DNA of 64,000 bases from Scenedesmus sp. PABB004. Taxonomy: Eukaryota. Location: contig JABVCE010000003.1 of the NCBI GenBank assembly GCA_014905635.1, positions 1,674,001-1,738,000 of the forward strand, in the 5' to 3' direction. Numbering within the stretch: position 1 is the stretch's first letter; each line of letters opens with the position of its first letter. This document shows positions 23,901 to 36,546 of the stretch, piece after piece. Both the position numbers and the translations under genes were made by a program. The notes below the pieces were generated by a model. That model was not told where the DNA came from. It made no database searches and saw nothing but the letters and a program-made list of their open reading frames with translations.

Positions 23901-26900
23901 GAGTGGCGGGGCGGCGGCCGGGCCGGGCTCGCGCCGCGTGGCGTGGGGCCGCCGCACCTTCACGTCCTCCACCTCGCCGGTCGTCGGCGACAGCATCTGC
24001 GCGCGGTGCGCGTGCGTCGCGCGCGGGTTGCGTTGAGCGCGCCCGGCCGCGCCGCGCGGCGCGCCGGCGCGCTCGAGCCCGCGGCGCCGGGACGGCTGGT
24101 GCACCACGTGGTGGCGGCGCGCGCACCTTCATGGCGCTGTTGACCGTGCCCTGGCCGTCCGGGAAGATGGCGAGGGAGTTGAGCGAGAGCGTGAGCTTGA
24201 TGCCGGCGCCCTCGCACGGCACGCCCGACGCGACCTGGCTGAGGCAGAACTCGAACGACACGCCGCCGATGCCAAACAGCACCGCCATGCGCGGCCCGCA
24301 CGGCCGCAGCGCGGTCAGCACGGTCAGCGCCTCGGCGTCCTTGTCGATCACGGGCGGCGTGCCGACCGGGATGGGGTTGGGCCAGACCTGGGGGGTCAGG
24401 GTTCAAGGGTTTTGGGTTTGTGGTTAAGTTTTTAGGGTCAGAACCTAAACCATCGACCCTGAACCTTTCCTCAACCCCCCTTAACCCCAGACCTGGATGA
24501 TGCCCAGGAGGTAGGCCTCGTTCTTGCACGCCGGGTCGTCGCAGGTGCTGAACGGCATGTTGCCCAGCGCGGTGCGGAAGCCCGCGACCTGCTGCGACGC
24601 CGCGATCGGCGCGGCGTTGAGCACGAAGCGCGTCGTCATCTCGTTCTTCTGCCGGTCCTGCGCGGCGGCGGCGCGGCACGCGCGTGCGCGCACGGGCGCC
24701 AGGTCGGCGCCAGGTCGGCCCGGCAGGCGCCGCGCCGCGCTGCACGCGCCGTGCTGTGCGCGCGCTGAGCTGCGCGGCCGCGTGGACGGCACGCGCGCCC
24801 TGCCCTCCCGTACCGCGTCGTCCGGGTTCCACAGCTGGTTCTTCTTGAAGAGGGGGCAGCCGATGTCGTTGCTGATGGTGCCCACCAGCACGGGCGAGCC
24901 CTTGATCAGGCCGTTGCTGTACAGCGCGGCGACGCGCACGCCGTTGCCGGCTGTGGCGGCGGCGCGGGCGGGGCTCGCACGCCGCCCAGCGCGGTGCGGC
25001 GCCTGCGTGCGCCGCGCGCCGCTGGCGCTGCCGGTGGTGCTGCACGCGCCGCGTGCTGCGCCGCGCATGTGGCCACGCGCGTGCTGCTCGTGCTGCGCGT
25101 GCTGGGCGTGCTGTGCGTGGCGCGCATGCTGCGCGCGCCTGCTTTCTGGATGCCGTTGATCATCTCCATCGCCCCGCTGTCCCCCGGCAGCGTGAGGTCG
25201 TACTTGGGGGCGGTCTCGCGCGTGCAGCGGAAGCCACAGAAGCCGTAGCTGCGGCGGCGGCGGCGGCGGGCAGGGGGCGCCGAGCAGGGGGCGTCGGCAC
25301 GCGGCGCGGCGCGCAGCGCGTACGCGCCGGCGCGCCCGCCGCCGCGGGCGCTGCGCCGCCCCTGCGCCGCGGCGGGGCCCACCTGCAGGTGTCTTTCTTG
25401 TAGTCGCACGACGGGAACGTGCACACGCCGTAGCTGACGTTGAGCTTCGCGTTCAGCGCCAGACCGTCGCACAGGTACGCGGCCTCCGCGCAGTCGCCGT
25501 CTGGCGGGGCGGCGGCGCGGCGCGCGGTGATGCGCGACCCGGTCGGTGCGGGCCTGCTCGCAGAGCCGCGCACGTGCGGTGGCGCGCGGTCGCCGCTGGC
25601 TCACCCTCGCGGCACGCCGTGCCCGCCGCGCCCTCCGCGCACACGCCGTCCTTGCAGGAGCCGCTCAGGCAGCCGGCATCGCTCTGGCACGCCTGCACGG
25701 GGACGCGGTCTCGCTGTGAGCTCCAGCTGCCGGCCCGCAGCGCGGCCGCCGGCGCGAGCAGCGCCCCCGCCCGCGCGCTCACCGCAGCCTTGCTGGCAGG
25801 GCTGCACACGCCCAGCTGTACGGAGACACCCTGCACCAGGGTGGGCTTCACGCCCTCGCACACGCCCCAGGCGCAGTCACCCTCTGCGGTTGCGGCGTGC
25901 GATGAGAGCCGCGCCAGCGTGCACATGCAGCGCAACGTCGCCGCCTAGGCGGCACGTGCCAGCCAGTGCGCACTGCCACACATCCTCGCGCCCCCCTGCT
26001 CACCACCAGCGCAGCTCTGACCCACGGCCGAGCGCCGGCACACCCTGCCGGCGCCCTTGGCATCCTCGGGCGCGGCCGGGCAGGAGCCGGACATGCAGTC
26101 ACCATCCACGACGCAGCCCTGCGGCGCAGCGAGAGCGGCCAATGTCAATTTGAGGTGCGAAGTGACAGGCGCCGCAGCACACAAGCCTTTGCTCCCTGCA
26201 TGGACGCGCGCTCCCCCACCTGCCCGCCGGCCGACAGGCCGCACATGCCACCAATGCAGGTGCCCGAGAGGCAGTCACCATCTGCATAACAGGGCGGGAC
26301 GGCGCGCGGCTGCGTCAGGCCGCTGCCGGGGCAGGGACCAGCAGACGGCCCCAGCCTGCCAGCCCACCCTTGCTGCAGGGCGACTTGAATGCAGGCGTGG
26401 ATGGCGGCGCAGGCGGCGGAGGCACAGGCGACGGCGGCGCAGGCGACGGCGGCGCAGGCGACGGCGGCCCCGCGGCAGACACGGGCGGCCAGGTGCCCTG
26501 CTGGTCCTCCTTCACGCACGCCACAAACCTGCGAGGGTGGACAGGCGTCGCGGCGGGCGCGCACGCACCACGGTCTGGTCAGCGCTTGTGGTTGGCAGCG
26601 GGCCTCTCTGCCCAGCTCGGTGCGCGCGCCCCCGCGCCGTGCCGGTGCTCACCAATTTGTGGTGACAGGCGCGGTCTGGCTGCCCTCGTCGGGCGAGGTG
26701 TTCTCCTTGACGACCGCGCCGCTGGCGTCGGTGGTGTAGCGCACAAACTTGAACGAGCCGTCGGCCGCCTGCAGCAGGCCGCAGCGCGGGCCCTTGCAGT
26801 CGGCGCAGTCGGCGCCGTCCAGCGTCTTGCTGCAGGTGACGCTGAACTCGTTGCCGGTGCACAGGTTGGTGGGCAGGCCGCCGGCGGGGCTGGGGCAGAC

Positions 26901-26904
26901 ACGC
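17973..26904 (-). CDS. Giant multi-exon Cys-rich repeat protein with a central beta-rich domain; 5' end missing
   Basis: Many short exons encode CxxDxDCxTGxC-type repeats (GCNGDSDCITGRC, CVKDYMCATGNC, CYADGDCLSGTC). Cys-poor central region at about 22000-25200. Ends GCSPW*. No start or signal exon before the inverted-repeat junction at 26905. Confidence 0.8.
20852..20935. repeat. (GA)n microsatellite in an intron
   Basis: Perfect AG dinucleotide run. Confidence 0.95.
22655..22925. repeat. (GGCG)n low-complexity intronic repeat
   Basis: Imperfect GGGC/GGCG tetranucleotide array. Confidence 0.9.
24388..24492 (-). other. 105-nt intron made of degenerate telomere-like repeats, flanked by a 10-bp direct repeat
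   Basis: CCAGACCTGG at 24382-24391 and 24487-24496. Removing the intron gives in-frame ...LGIIQ|VWPNPIP.... The interior is GGGTT/TTTAGGG-like, then AACC/AACCC-like. Confidence 0.8.
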
Positions 26905-27385
26905 TCGACGGCCAGCAGGTCAAGAAGATGCCGCTGTGGCCGGGGCAGCGCGGCTGGTGCCGCACGTCGCAGTACAAGCAGGGCTGCATGCAGAACAGCG
27001 ACTGCTGCTCCAAGAGGTGCGCCGGCGGCCAGGATGCTCCAGCCCGGCCCTGCGCAGTCGCACGCCACACGCCGCACGCCGCGCCGCCGCTGCGCCGGCG
27101 CCCACCCCTGCTGACGCGGCTGCGCCGGCGGCGCGCCACGCCGCCCCGCAGCTGCACGTGCGGCATGGAGGGCTACTACTACAACGGCTGCGTCCGCGGC
27201 TGCGACAGGGAGAGCGGCTGCTCGCCGTGGTAGAGAGCGCCCGCCCCAGCGGGAGTCTCGCGCCGGCCGAGTGCGCACAGGCTGGCATGCGTCGCAGGCG
27301 CTGTGCCGCGTGGGCGTGTGGCGGCAGCGCCACGTGCGCCTCGCCACATCACTTCAACAAAATCAAGTCGCCTTGCCGCGACCAA
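26905..27385 (+). pseudogene. Inverted 3'-end fragment of the Cys-rich gene (inverted repeat copy 2)
   Basis: Near-identical reverse complement of 17811-18301, abutting the 5'-most visible exon of the gene. Confidence 0.85.
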
Positions 27386-27821
27386 ACAATATGCGAGCAG
27401 AGCGCCCGCCTGTGCAGGCGGTCTGCGGGGCGGAGGTGGGGGTTTCGTGCTGCTTGCAGAGCCGGTGAAGTGGTCTGGAACGAGCAAACGCCCGTTCTTT
27501 CAGCAGTTGCGCGCCGCTGGCTCGGCGGCGCGGCAGTGCGGCTTGAGCGCGGCGGCATCGGGGTTGGGTGGACCAGCAATGCGGGGTTTGCGTCAGGCCA
27601 TATTATCGCAGAGGGCTGTCAGGGCGGGAGAAAGCTGAGGGAGCTTCGGCCCGTTCGGTCCCACCGTGAGTGCTCTGAGCGACGCCTGCTGAGCGAGTGC
27701 GTTTTTATCAAGTGCTCTGAGCACAGCGGGCGGTCTGCTGTGCGTAGTTCTGCAACCCAAGCACATAAACTTGTAATGCCTGTCCCCGTCGACCATGCCG
27801 TTGGCGCGTCGGCCAGCGGCC

Positions 27822-28454
27822 GCTGGCCATGCCGCTGGCAGCGGGACCTACGCCGGCCGCGCGCCGCCGCCGCAGCGCAGCGCAGCGCCAGCCGATGCTG
27901 GGCGCGGCTGACCGCCGCCACTGCCGCGCAGCCGCCCAGCGGCGAGGCTGCGGCCACCTGGCACTGCACGTGCCGCTGCCAGCCCTGCTGCCGCGCAGCG
28001 CCGGCGCACTCCAGCAGCGCCAACCGGCGGCGAGGGGGCTGCGGGCGGCCGCTGTGTGCGCCGGCGCGTGTGGCTGTCACCGGGTCCGGCGTGCCCCACG
28101 TGTGTGCCGGAAGTGGCGCGCGCTCAGCGAACGCCCGCGAGGGCGCAGCAGCGGTTGCGCCGCGGCGGTTGAGGCGGCCGCCCGTGCGGTCCCGAGCGGC
28201 CCCCGCCAGGCCTGGCAGCCCGCCGAGACGTAGGCGACAGCGATCGCCCTCGCGCGGCGCCGGTCCGCCGCAGCCGCCGCACCAGCTCCGTCCGGCAGCG
28301 GCACCGCAGCGCCAGCAGCGGCCCCTGCCCGGTCCCGGCGGGGGCGGCGGCACCATGAGGGCGCGCCCGGGCGCCGCCCTGGGCGCGCTGCTGCTGGCGC
28401 TGGCGGCGGGCGGCGGAGCAGCAGACGCAGGTGCGCAGCAGCAGCGAGCGCCGC
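27822..28454 (+). repeat. Direct duplication, copy 2 (degenerate TBC start, promoter and intact P4H exon 1)
   Basis: GGCCATGCCGCT at about 27825 mirrors the TBC start context at about 16689. Homology continues into the first P4H intron. Confidence 0.9.
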
Positions 28455-30997
28455 CGCCGCCTGCGTGTGGGCGGCCTGCGCCGGCGCGGCTCACCCCCCG
28501 CGCTTCCCGCCTCTACGCCAGCAGCAGCAGCCGCGGGGGCGCACGGGGAGGACGGCCTCTTCATCGGCTGGCAGGGCGAGACCTACCGCCCCGGCGGCGC
28601 CGGCGCCCCGGAGCCCGGGCGCAAGTGGTGCGCGCCGCCTCGGCCCGCCGCCCGCCGCGCGCCCCGCCACGCGCGGCGCCGGCGCCGCCGCGCGCGCCCC
28701 CGCCGCCGCCCCCTCGCCGACGCGGCCGCCCTGGCCTGCGCGCGTTTCGCATCGATGTGTGTTGTGCGCAGGATTGAGACCATCTCCTGGAGCCCCCGCG
28801 CCTTTGTGTTCCATAACTTCTTGAGCCCCGCCGAGGTGGACCACATGGTCGGCCTCGTGGAGTCGGCGGTGAGGCGGCGGCGGCACGCGCGCAGACGCGG
28901 CGGAGGGGCAGGCGCGGCGCGGCGCGGGGCGGCTGACGCGCGCGACGGCGTGCAGGCGGCGGCAGCGTGCTGAGCGCGCCGCCGGCGCCGCCAGGTGAAG
29001 CGCAGCGAGGTGGTCGACACCAAGACGGGGCGCCACACGCACGACCAGATCCGCACCAGCTACGGCGCGTCCATCATGTGCGCGCCGGCGCGGCCAGGGG
29101 GGGGGGGGCGTTCGGGCGCCGCCGCGCTCAGAGAGGCGCCGCCGCCCCCTTCCTCCTTGCCCCGCCCACACCCGCATGGGCCCGCGCACCCACCCGCCCC
29201 CACCGCCCACCCACCCACGCCCACACCACGCCCACACCACGCCCGCCCACCCCCCCCCCCTGTGCGTGTGCACACGCGCAGGCGTGGGCAGGACACCGTC
29301 ATCGCGTCGATAGAGGCGCGCATCGCCGAGTGGACGCGCCTGCCGGCCGACCACGGCGAGCCCATACAGGCGCGCGCACGCGCCGCCGCCGCCGCCGCAG
29401 CCGCGCGCGCTCACGCCCCCGCGGCGCCCCGCTCCCCCGACTCGCGCGCGCACCCCCTCGCGCTCTCACACTCTCCCCGCTCTCCCCCGCTCTCTTCGCA
29501 CACCCGCCCGCGCCCCCCCCCCCCCCCCCCACACACACACACCCACGCCCACCCACCCACCCACCCACCCACGCCCACCCACCCACACGCCCACCCACCC
29601 ACCCACCCACACGCGCCCGCCCACGCCCACGCACGCCCACCCACACGCCCACCCACCCACCCACCCACACGCGCCCGCCCACGCACACCCACCCACACCC
29701 ACCCACCCGCCCACCCACACCCACCCACACCCACGCCCCCCCCCACCCACACCCACCCACCCGCCCACCCACACGCGCCCACCATGCACGCGCGGGTCAT
29801 CAGGTGCTGCGCTACCGTGACGGCCAGAAGTACGACGCCCACTGGGACTGGTTTGACGACCCCACCCACCCCGCGACGGACGGCGAGAACCGCGCCGCGA
29901 CGGTGCTGATGTACCTCGGCGACGTCAGCGAGGGCGGCGAGACGGCGCTGCCGATAGGGCGCTTCATCGACGCCGCGCGCCAGGCCCTGCCCGCGCCGAG
30001 TGAGCGCGCTGCGCGGCGGGGGCCGGAGCCGGGCGCAGGCGGGGGCGCGCGCCTGGCGCTGCGCGGGCGCGCCGCCGACGCGCCGCGCCGCCGCTGCCGG
30101 GCGCCGCGCGGCGCAGGCGCGTGCGCGGCCAACGGCAGCGGGCTCGCGGTCGTGCCGCGGCGGGGCGACGCGCTGCTGTTCTGGGACATGCACGTCGACG
30201 GCCGCGCGGTCGACCGCTCCAGCCTGCACGCGAGCTGCCCCACGCTCAAGGGGTGCGGCGGCGCGTGCGCCGCGCTGCCGCGCGCCCGCGCCGCGCCCGC
30301 GCCGCCGCGCCCGCGCCGCGCCCCGGCGGCCACGCTCACCGCCCCGCGCCGCCCGCCGCCGCAGCACCAAGTGGACGGCCACCAAGTGCGCCCGGGCAGG
30401 GGGCCCGCGGGGCAGCGCGCGGCGGCAGCCAGCAGCAGGGCGCGGCGCAGCGCGGCGCGGCCGCCCTGCCGCTCGGTGGCGGAGCGGCCGGGGAGGGCCG
30501 GCCGCCGCCCAGGCGCGCGCGCGCGTGCGCCGACTCGCCACTCCTGGTGCCTCACCACCCCGCCCGCCCGCCACCCCGCCACCCTGCCCGGTGCTGCCGG
30601 GGTGCGTGTCAGGTGGATCCACAACCGCCCATATGGCGCCGGCTACGACCCGCTCAAGCAGGCGGCCGCGTGCGACGACAAGCGCAACGACTGCGCGTGC
30701 GCGCGCCGCGCCGCGCGCCGGGGTTTAGGGGCGCCGCGCGCGCTGCGCTGCGCTGCGCTGCCAGCAGCGCGAGCGCCCCACACGCCCGCCCGCTGCTGCC
30801 GCCGCCGCAGCGCGCTGGCGGCGGCGGGGCGGTGCGACGCCGACCCGGGGGGCATGCTGGGGCTGAAGGGACAGTGCCGGCGCAGCTGCCGCGACTGCGT
30901 GGACTGCCCCGACGGAGACGCCATATGCCTGCGCCGCAACATGCGCAGCCTGCGCGGGACGCTGCGCGACACCGCGCCGTCGCCGGCGCCCAGCTGA
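28355..30997 (+). CDS. P4H: Prolyl 4-hydroxylase with C-terminal ShKT-like domain (multi-exon)
   Basis: Signal/anchor, IETISWSPRAFVFHNFLS, IRTSYG, IEARIAEWT, GEPIQVLRY..GQKYDAHWDWF, NRAATVLMYL..V.EGGET, SLHASCP..KGTKWTATKWIH and a Cys-rich tail CDD...C...CRRSC. Confidence 0.95.
29510..29782. repeat. (CCCA/CACC)n low-complexity intronic repeat
   Basis: Imperfect ACCC array inside a P4H intron. Confidence 0.9.
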
Positions 30998-31238
30998 GCG
31001 GGCGCGCCGCCGGGTCGGCAGCTTTTGGGGCGGGCGGTGGTGGGCGGACTGTCGGGCTCGAACGCACGAGCAGCGAGTGGGCTGCTCGAGCGCAGCAGGT
31101 GTGACTGAGAGGAGGCGTGCTGCCGCCGCCGCACCGTGCGCCGGGCTGCCTGGCAGCGGCACAGCGCGACCTCGGGCGCTGCAGCGTCGCGCACAGGCCA
31201 GCAGCAGCGCTTGCTCGCGCTTTCCAGCACAAGTTGGT

Positions 31239-31254
31239 GGTGTTGAAAAACACC
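31239..31254 (-). terminator. Histone 3' stem-loop (H4)
   Basis: GGTGTT-TTTC-AACACC on -, preceded by CAAAAT and followed by ACCAA. Confidence 0.9.
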
Positions 31255-31370
31255 ATTTTGGGGGTTGGCCGCCGGCGCAGCGCCGGCGCCACCGGCTGCA
31301 GGGCAGCAGCCGGGCGGGCGCCGGGCCGGCCGGCGCGCACGTGCGCGGCGGTCGCTGGTGAGCGATCCGC

Positions 31371-32370
<1,000 letters not shown>

Positions 32371-32524
32371 GTAGCCGCCGCCACCACCGGCGCCTGCTCG
32401 CGCGTGCGCCCGGCGCCGGCCCGCTGGCCGCGGCGGCGGCGGCGGCAGGGCCCAGCACGGGCGCTGCTGCCGTCTGTTGGCGCGCTGTCGGCGGCCACCG
32501 GCGCCTGGCAGCACCCCCCAAAAT

Positions 32525-32540
32525 GGTGTTTTTCAACACC
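32525..32540 (+). terminator. Histone 3' stem-loop (H3)
   Basis: GGTGTT-TTTC-AACACC followed by ACCAA. Confidence 0.9.
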
Positions 32541-32681
32541 ACCAAGCCCCCGGAAAGGCTCCCTGACGCCCGGCAGCGCACGCAGCGGTGGGCCTGTGTT
32601 GCCAGCGGCAGCCGCTGCCAACGCGCAAAGCAGCCACACGCGGCTCAGCAACTCGTCAACCTGCACCTCGCCGCCGCTCCA

Positions 32682-34862
32682 TCAGCCCGCCCCGCTCAGC
32701 CGCTTGCACGCCGCCTTGTGCTGCGACCAGTGCGCGGCCTGGCACTGCGAGCAGGCGGCGGCGCGGGGCGCGCGTCAGCAGCGGTGCAGGCGCTGAGCTG
32801 CGCTGGGCCGCCGCCCGCCGGCGCCGCACCTCCTTGCAGCAGTAGCGGGCGGCCTTGCAGCCGCTGCATCGCGAGCCCTTGCCACCCGCCTGCACCGAGG
32901 TGCACGTGGGGTTGTTGCAGTCGGCCAGGGAGGGCAGCACGCACTCAGCGCACAGCGCCTGCCCCAGCCGCTGCAGCGCCGCCGCCTGCGCCGCCGCGCC
33001 AACTGGCTGCCCCGCCGGCCCGCCCGCGCCGCCCAGCTCGCTCTGCGCTGCCTCCAGCGCGGCACGCGCGCGCTGCGGCAGGCCCGGCGCCGCCTGCAGC
33101 AGGCGTGCGGCGGCAGCGCTGCACTCCTCCAGGGCCGCTGGCTCGGGCGGCGGTGGCAGGGGGGCGCCGCTGCTGCTCGCGCCGCCAGCTGCTGCACACT
33201 GCAGCTGCGCGCCAGCGACCAGCAGGGCGCGCCCCACCAGCACCGCCGCCAGCTGCTGCAGGCTCTCCGCGCCCAGGGCGTCGGCCTTGGCCCTGCTGCG
33301 ACGGCTGCTGCTGCCGGCGGTGCTGCTGCTGGCGGCGCTGCGACCCTGTTGCGGCGCCGCCCCCGCCGCACACGCCAGCGCCGCACCAGCGCGCGCGGCA
33401 GCAGCCGCGCCGAGCGCGACGCGCGCGCTGCACGCAGCGACCTGCGGGGCGTCAAGCCGGTGCAAGGCGCTGGCCGAGCACTTGAGCGCGCACAGCAGCA
33501 GCGCCAGCAGCGCGAGCTGCTCCTGGGCAGTGCTCACGCCGCCGCCGGCTGCGCTGCCAGGCGGCGGCGCCGCCGCCTGGGCAGCGGCGTGCACAACCGA
33601 CAGCGCCCCGCGCAGCTGCTCCTCCGCTGCCGCCGCTGCCGCCGCTGCCGCCGCTGGCCCAGACCACTCCGGGTGCGCAAAAGCGACTCTGGTGATGGGC
33701 AACAGCAGCTCCAGGTGCGTGGCGGAAAGCTCACCAGCCGATGCGCGGAACTGGTCGAAAGCTGTGTCCTGCTTCCCGGCGTCGCCCGGCGCCGCCAGCG
33801 CGCCCACCTGCACAGCCCTCACCAGCGCCTCCAGGCTGGGGCCCACGAGCGCTGCGTCAGCCTGCAGCGCGGCTGCCAGGATGCCGGGCCCGCCTGCAGG
33901 GCGGCGGCGGCGGGTGTGGGGCGGTGGCGGCTCAGGAGTCACACTGCTGGCAAGCTGCCCTGGCGCGTATGTGCGTGCGCGGCCTCACCTGCGTTCAGCG
34001 TGTGCAGCACACCGCTGGCCAGGCTGCCCAGCTGCCTCTGCACGTACGCCAGCACCGGCCCTGAATCGACTCTGCCCTGCACAGCCGACGTCAGCTGCTC
34101 CAGAGCGCTGCGCAGCGCGTGGGCGGCCGCCGGGGCCAGCAGCCGGAAGGCTGTGCTCGTCGCCTCGCTGGCTGCTGCGTCTGGCAGGGCGCCGGCAGGT
34201 GACAGCACATCCACCAGGGCTGTGCAGGCCGCCAGCAGGCCCACCTCCGGCTTGAGCGCCAGCAGCTGCGCCGCCGCCAGCATCAGCGGGCCCCGCAGTG
34301 CTGCCGCTGCCTCGTCCTGGCCGCTGGCGGCGGTCCTGGCGCCGGCGCCGCCTGGCTGCTCCGCCGCCGCCGCCGTCAGGCGCAGCACAGTGGTGACGCC
34401 GTTGAGCGCAAACCTGTTGTTGCTGCACGGCCTGAACGCCTCGCAGCCGCTGTCGTTGTCGGGGCGCGTGACGTGGGTCAGCGCGGGCAGGCCCAGCGCG
34501 CCAAACAGCTCGTCGTGCCAGGCCGGCACCGCCAGCACGCCGGCGCCGCCCCCCGCCGGCCAGGCAGCCACGCCACGCTGGAGCACGTGCTGGGCTTGGG
34601 CGGCGATCCCGAGAAAGGCGCACGCGCACGCCAGCACGCTGGGCGCCGACGCCAGCTGCTGCAGCAGCGCGAGCGGCAGGCCCGGCGCACATTCCGGGCC
34701 GCCGCCAAGCGCAGGGCTGGCCAGCTCGTTCAACAAGATGCAGGTGACCTGGCCGACGACCGTGGCGTCCTCAAACGCAAAGCCCCACGACCTGTTGCCG
34801 GTGTCGTCCAGGTCGTGAGGCCAGCATGCAGCGCCGCGCCGGCTGGCCCGCTGAGCTCTTCT

Positions 34863-34911
<49 letters not shown>

Positions 34912-35818
34912 CCGCCGTTGCCGCTGCTGAGCCTGCTCTCCCACGCGTGCAGCATCGCCAGCACCAGCTCTGTCACCGGCTGCAGCGTTGATGCCACTTG
35001 CCTGTCCAGCGAGCCGAGCAGGGCAGGGAGCACGTCCGGCACGCGTCCGAGGCCGCAGCACAGCATTGACACCATGCCCCACAGGCGCGCCGCGTACATC
35101 GCTGCAAGTAGGCCAGGGCCGAGCGGCGCCAGGCGCAGAGGCGACGCCGGGTGGAGCAGCTCCTGCTGCGGCGCCGCGGCGCCGCCCTGCTGCTGCTGCG
35201 CGCCAGCCGCACGGATGAGGGCCGCCAGGCAGGGCGCCGCTGCGCCGAGCGCTGGGATGAGGCCTGTGTGGCGGCGGCGCGGCGGGGCAGCGGAGCAGGG
35301 CCGACTGAGCATCCACCGCGCGCAGGCGAGCTGCCGCCGGAGGCCCCGCCATGCTCACCTGCAGCGGCGGCGTCCGAGACGAGCCGCGCCCCCCAGTCGG
35401 GCCCGCTGTCCTTCGCGCCCTGAATCAGCACATACAGCGCCAGGCAGGCAGCACCGACCGCCTGCACCGCCCCTGACACCATCTGCCGGTTGCGCAGCCC
35501 CGAGCAGCCGTCCGGGTTGCTGGTGCAGGTGGCGGTGAGCAGGCGCAGCGCCCGCGCCACGCCGTCGGCCAGCGTGCGCCCCAATGCCAGCGCGTCGTGC
35601 CCCAGCGGCTGGCCGTGCACGAAGTCAATCACGAGGTCGAGCAGCTGCTCCACGCCGCCGCAGAGCGAGGCGAGGCCGCAGAAGCAGGCGGGCTCGCCGC
35701 TCGCTGCGGCGCCGCCGAGAGCCAGAAACTCGAGCGCGACCTCCATCGGGCACGGCGAGTGGCCGCAGGGGCAGGTGATCCTCGCGCTCGGCCGCTCTCG
35801 CGGCCCTGAGCGCGGCAT
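32682..35818 (-). CDS. Ala/Leu-rich helical protein with C-terminal MYND zinc finger (multi-exon)
   Basis: CNNPTC...RCSGCKAARYCCKE | CQAAHWSQHKAACKRL is zf-MYND preceded by the CNNPxC motif typical of chlorophyte MYND proteins. Start codon uncertain. Confidence 0.85.
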
Positions 35819-35904
35819 GGCGGCTGCTGAGGGCGGCGCTGCTGCTGCGTCCACGCCGGCCTGCCGTGCGCGCGCCTGGCCGCGGAGAGGCACGCGGCGC
35901 GAGC

Positions 35905-35961
35905 GCTGAGCTTGATGGCACCGGCTGAGCTTGATGGCACCGGCTGAGCTTGATGGCACCG
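35905..35961. repeat. 3 x 19-bp perfect tandem repeat upstream of the MYND gene
   Basis: GCTGAGCTTGATGGCACCG three times. Confidence 0.95.
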
Positions 35962-36426
35962 GAACGCGGGCGTGTGAGCGGCCGCCGAGGCGGCGGATGG
36001 GCGCGGCGGCCGGAGCAGCGGCGGGGGATGCCGCCGGCGGGAGGCCTGGCGCAGGCCTGGGCGCCCGCCAGCCGAGGCGTGCGCGCGCGGGCGAGGAGGC
36101 CGGGGGTCTGCCCAAGCGCGGGAGCGGGCGCCCACGATCAGCCGGTCGCGCGCGCGGCGGCGCCGTCACGGCGCTAGGTCTCAACAGAGGTGCGGGCGCG
36201 CCCAGGCGCTGCGCGCGTGTGCGACCTGCGCCGACGCAGCCAGGTACCCAGCAGCTGCGCGCACGCACACTGCTGGCTGCAGCGAGGCGCGCGCGCCCCG
36301 ACGCGCTGCCGCAGCCAGCTGAGGGTCACTGCTGCTGGTGGCTGGGCTGGCCGCGCCCAGCCGCGCGCTCCGCTGCGGCCCGCCTGCACGCGCGCGCAGA
36401 GTTGCTGCTTTCCAGGCCGGGTTGGT

Positions 36427-36442
36427 GGTGTTGAAAAACACC
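36427..36442 (-). terminator. Histone 3' stem-loop (H2B)
   Basis: GGTGTT-TTTC-AACACC on -. Confidence 0.9.
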
Positions 36443-36546
36443 ATTTTGAGGGGGGGGGGGGGGGGGGGGGGGGTTGGCCGCCGCCGCCGCGCCGCGGCTG
36501 GCAGCGCGCGCGCGCGTGGCACAGCCGGGTGCCGCCGGGGGCGCGC

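Noticed and set aside
17811..27385. Inverted repeats as DNA-transposon TIRs
   Set aside because: They consist of the gene's own coding exons and 3' UTR. No transposase or short target-site duplication seen.
35905..35961. Short direct repeats (also 13750-13870 and 57080-57160) as a CRISPR array
   Set aside because: Contiguous tandem repeats without spacers, eukaryotic context, no cas genes.
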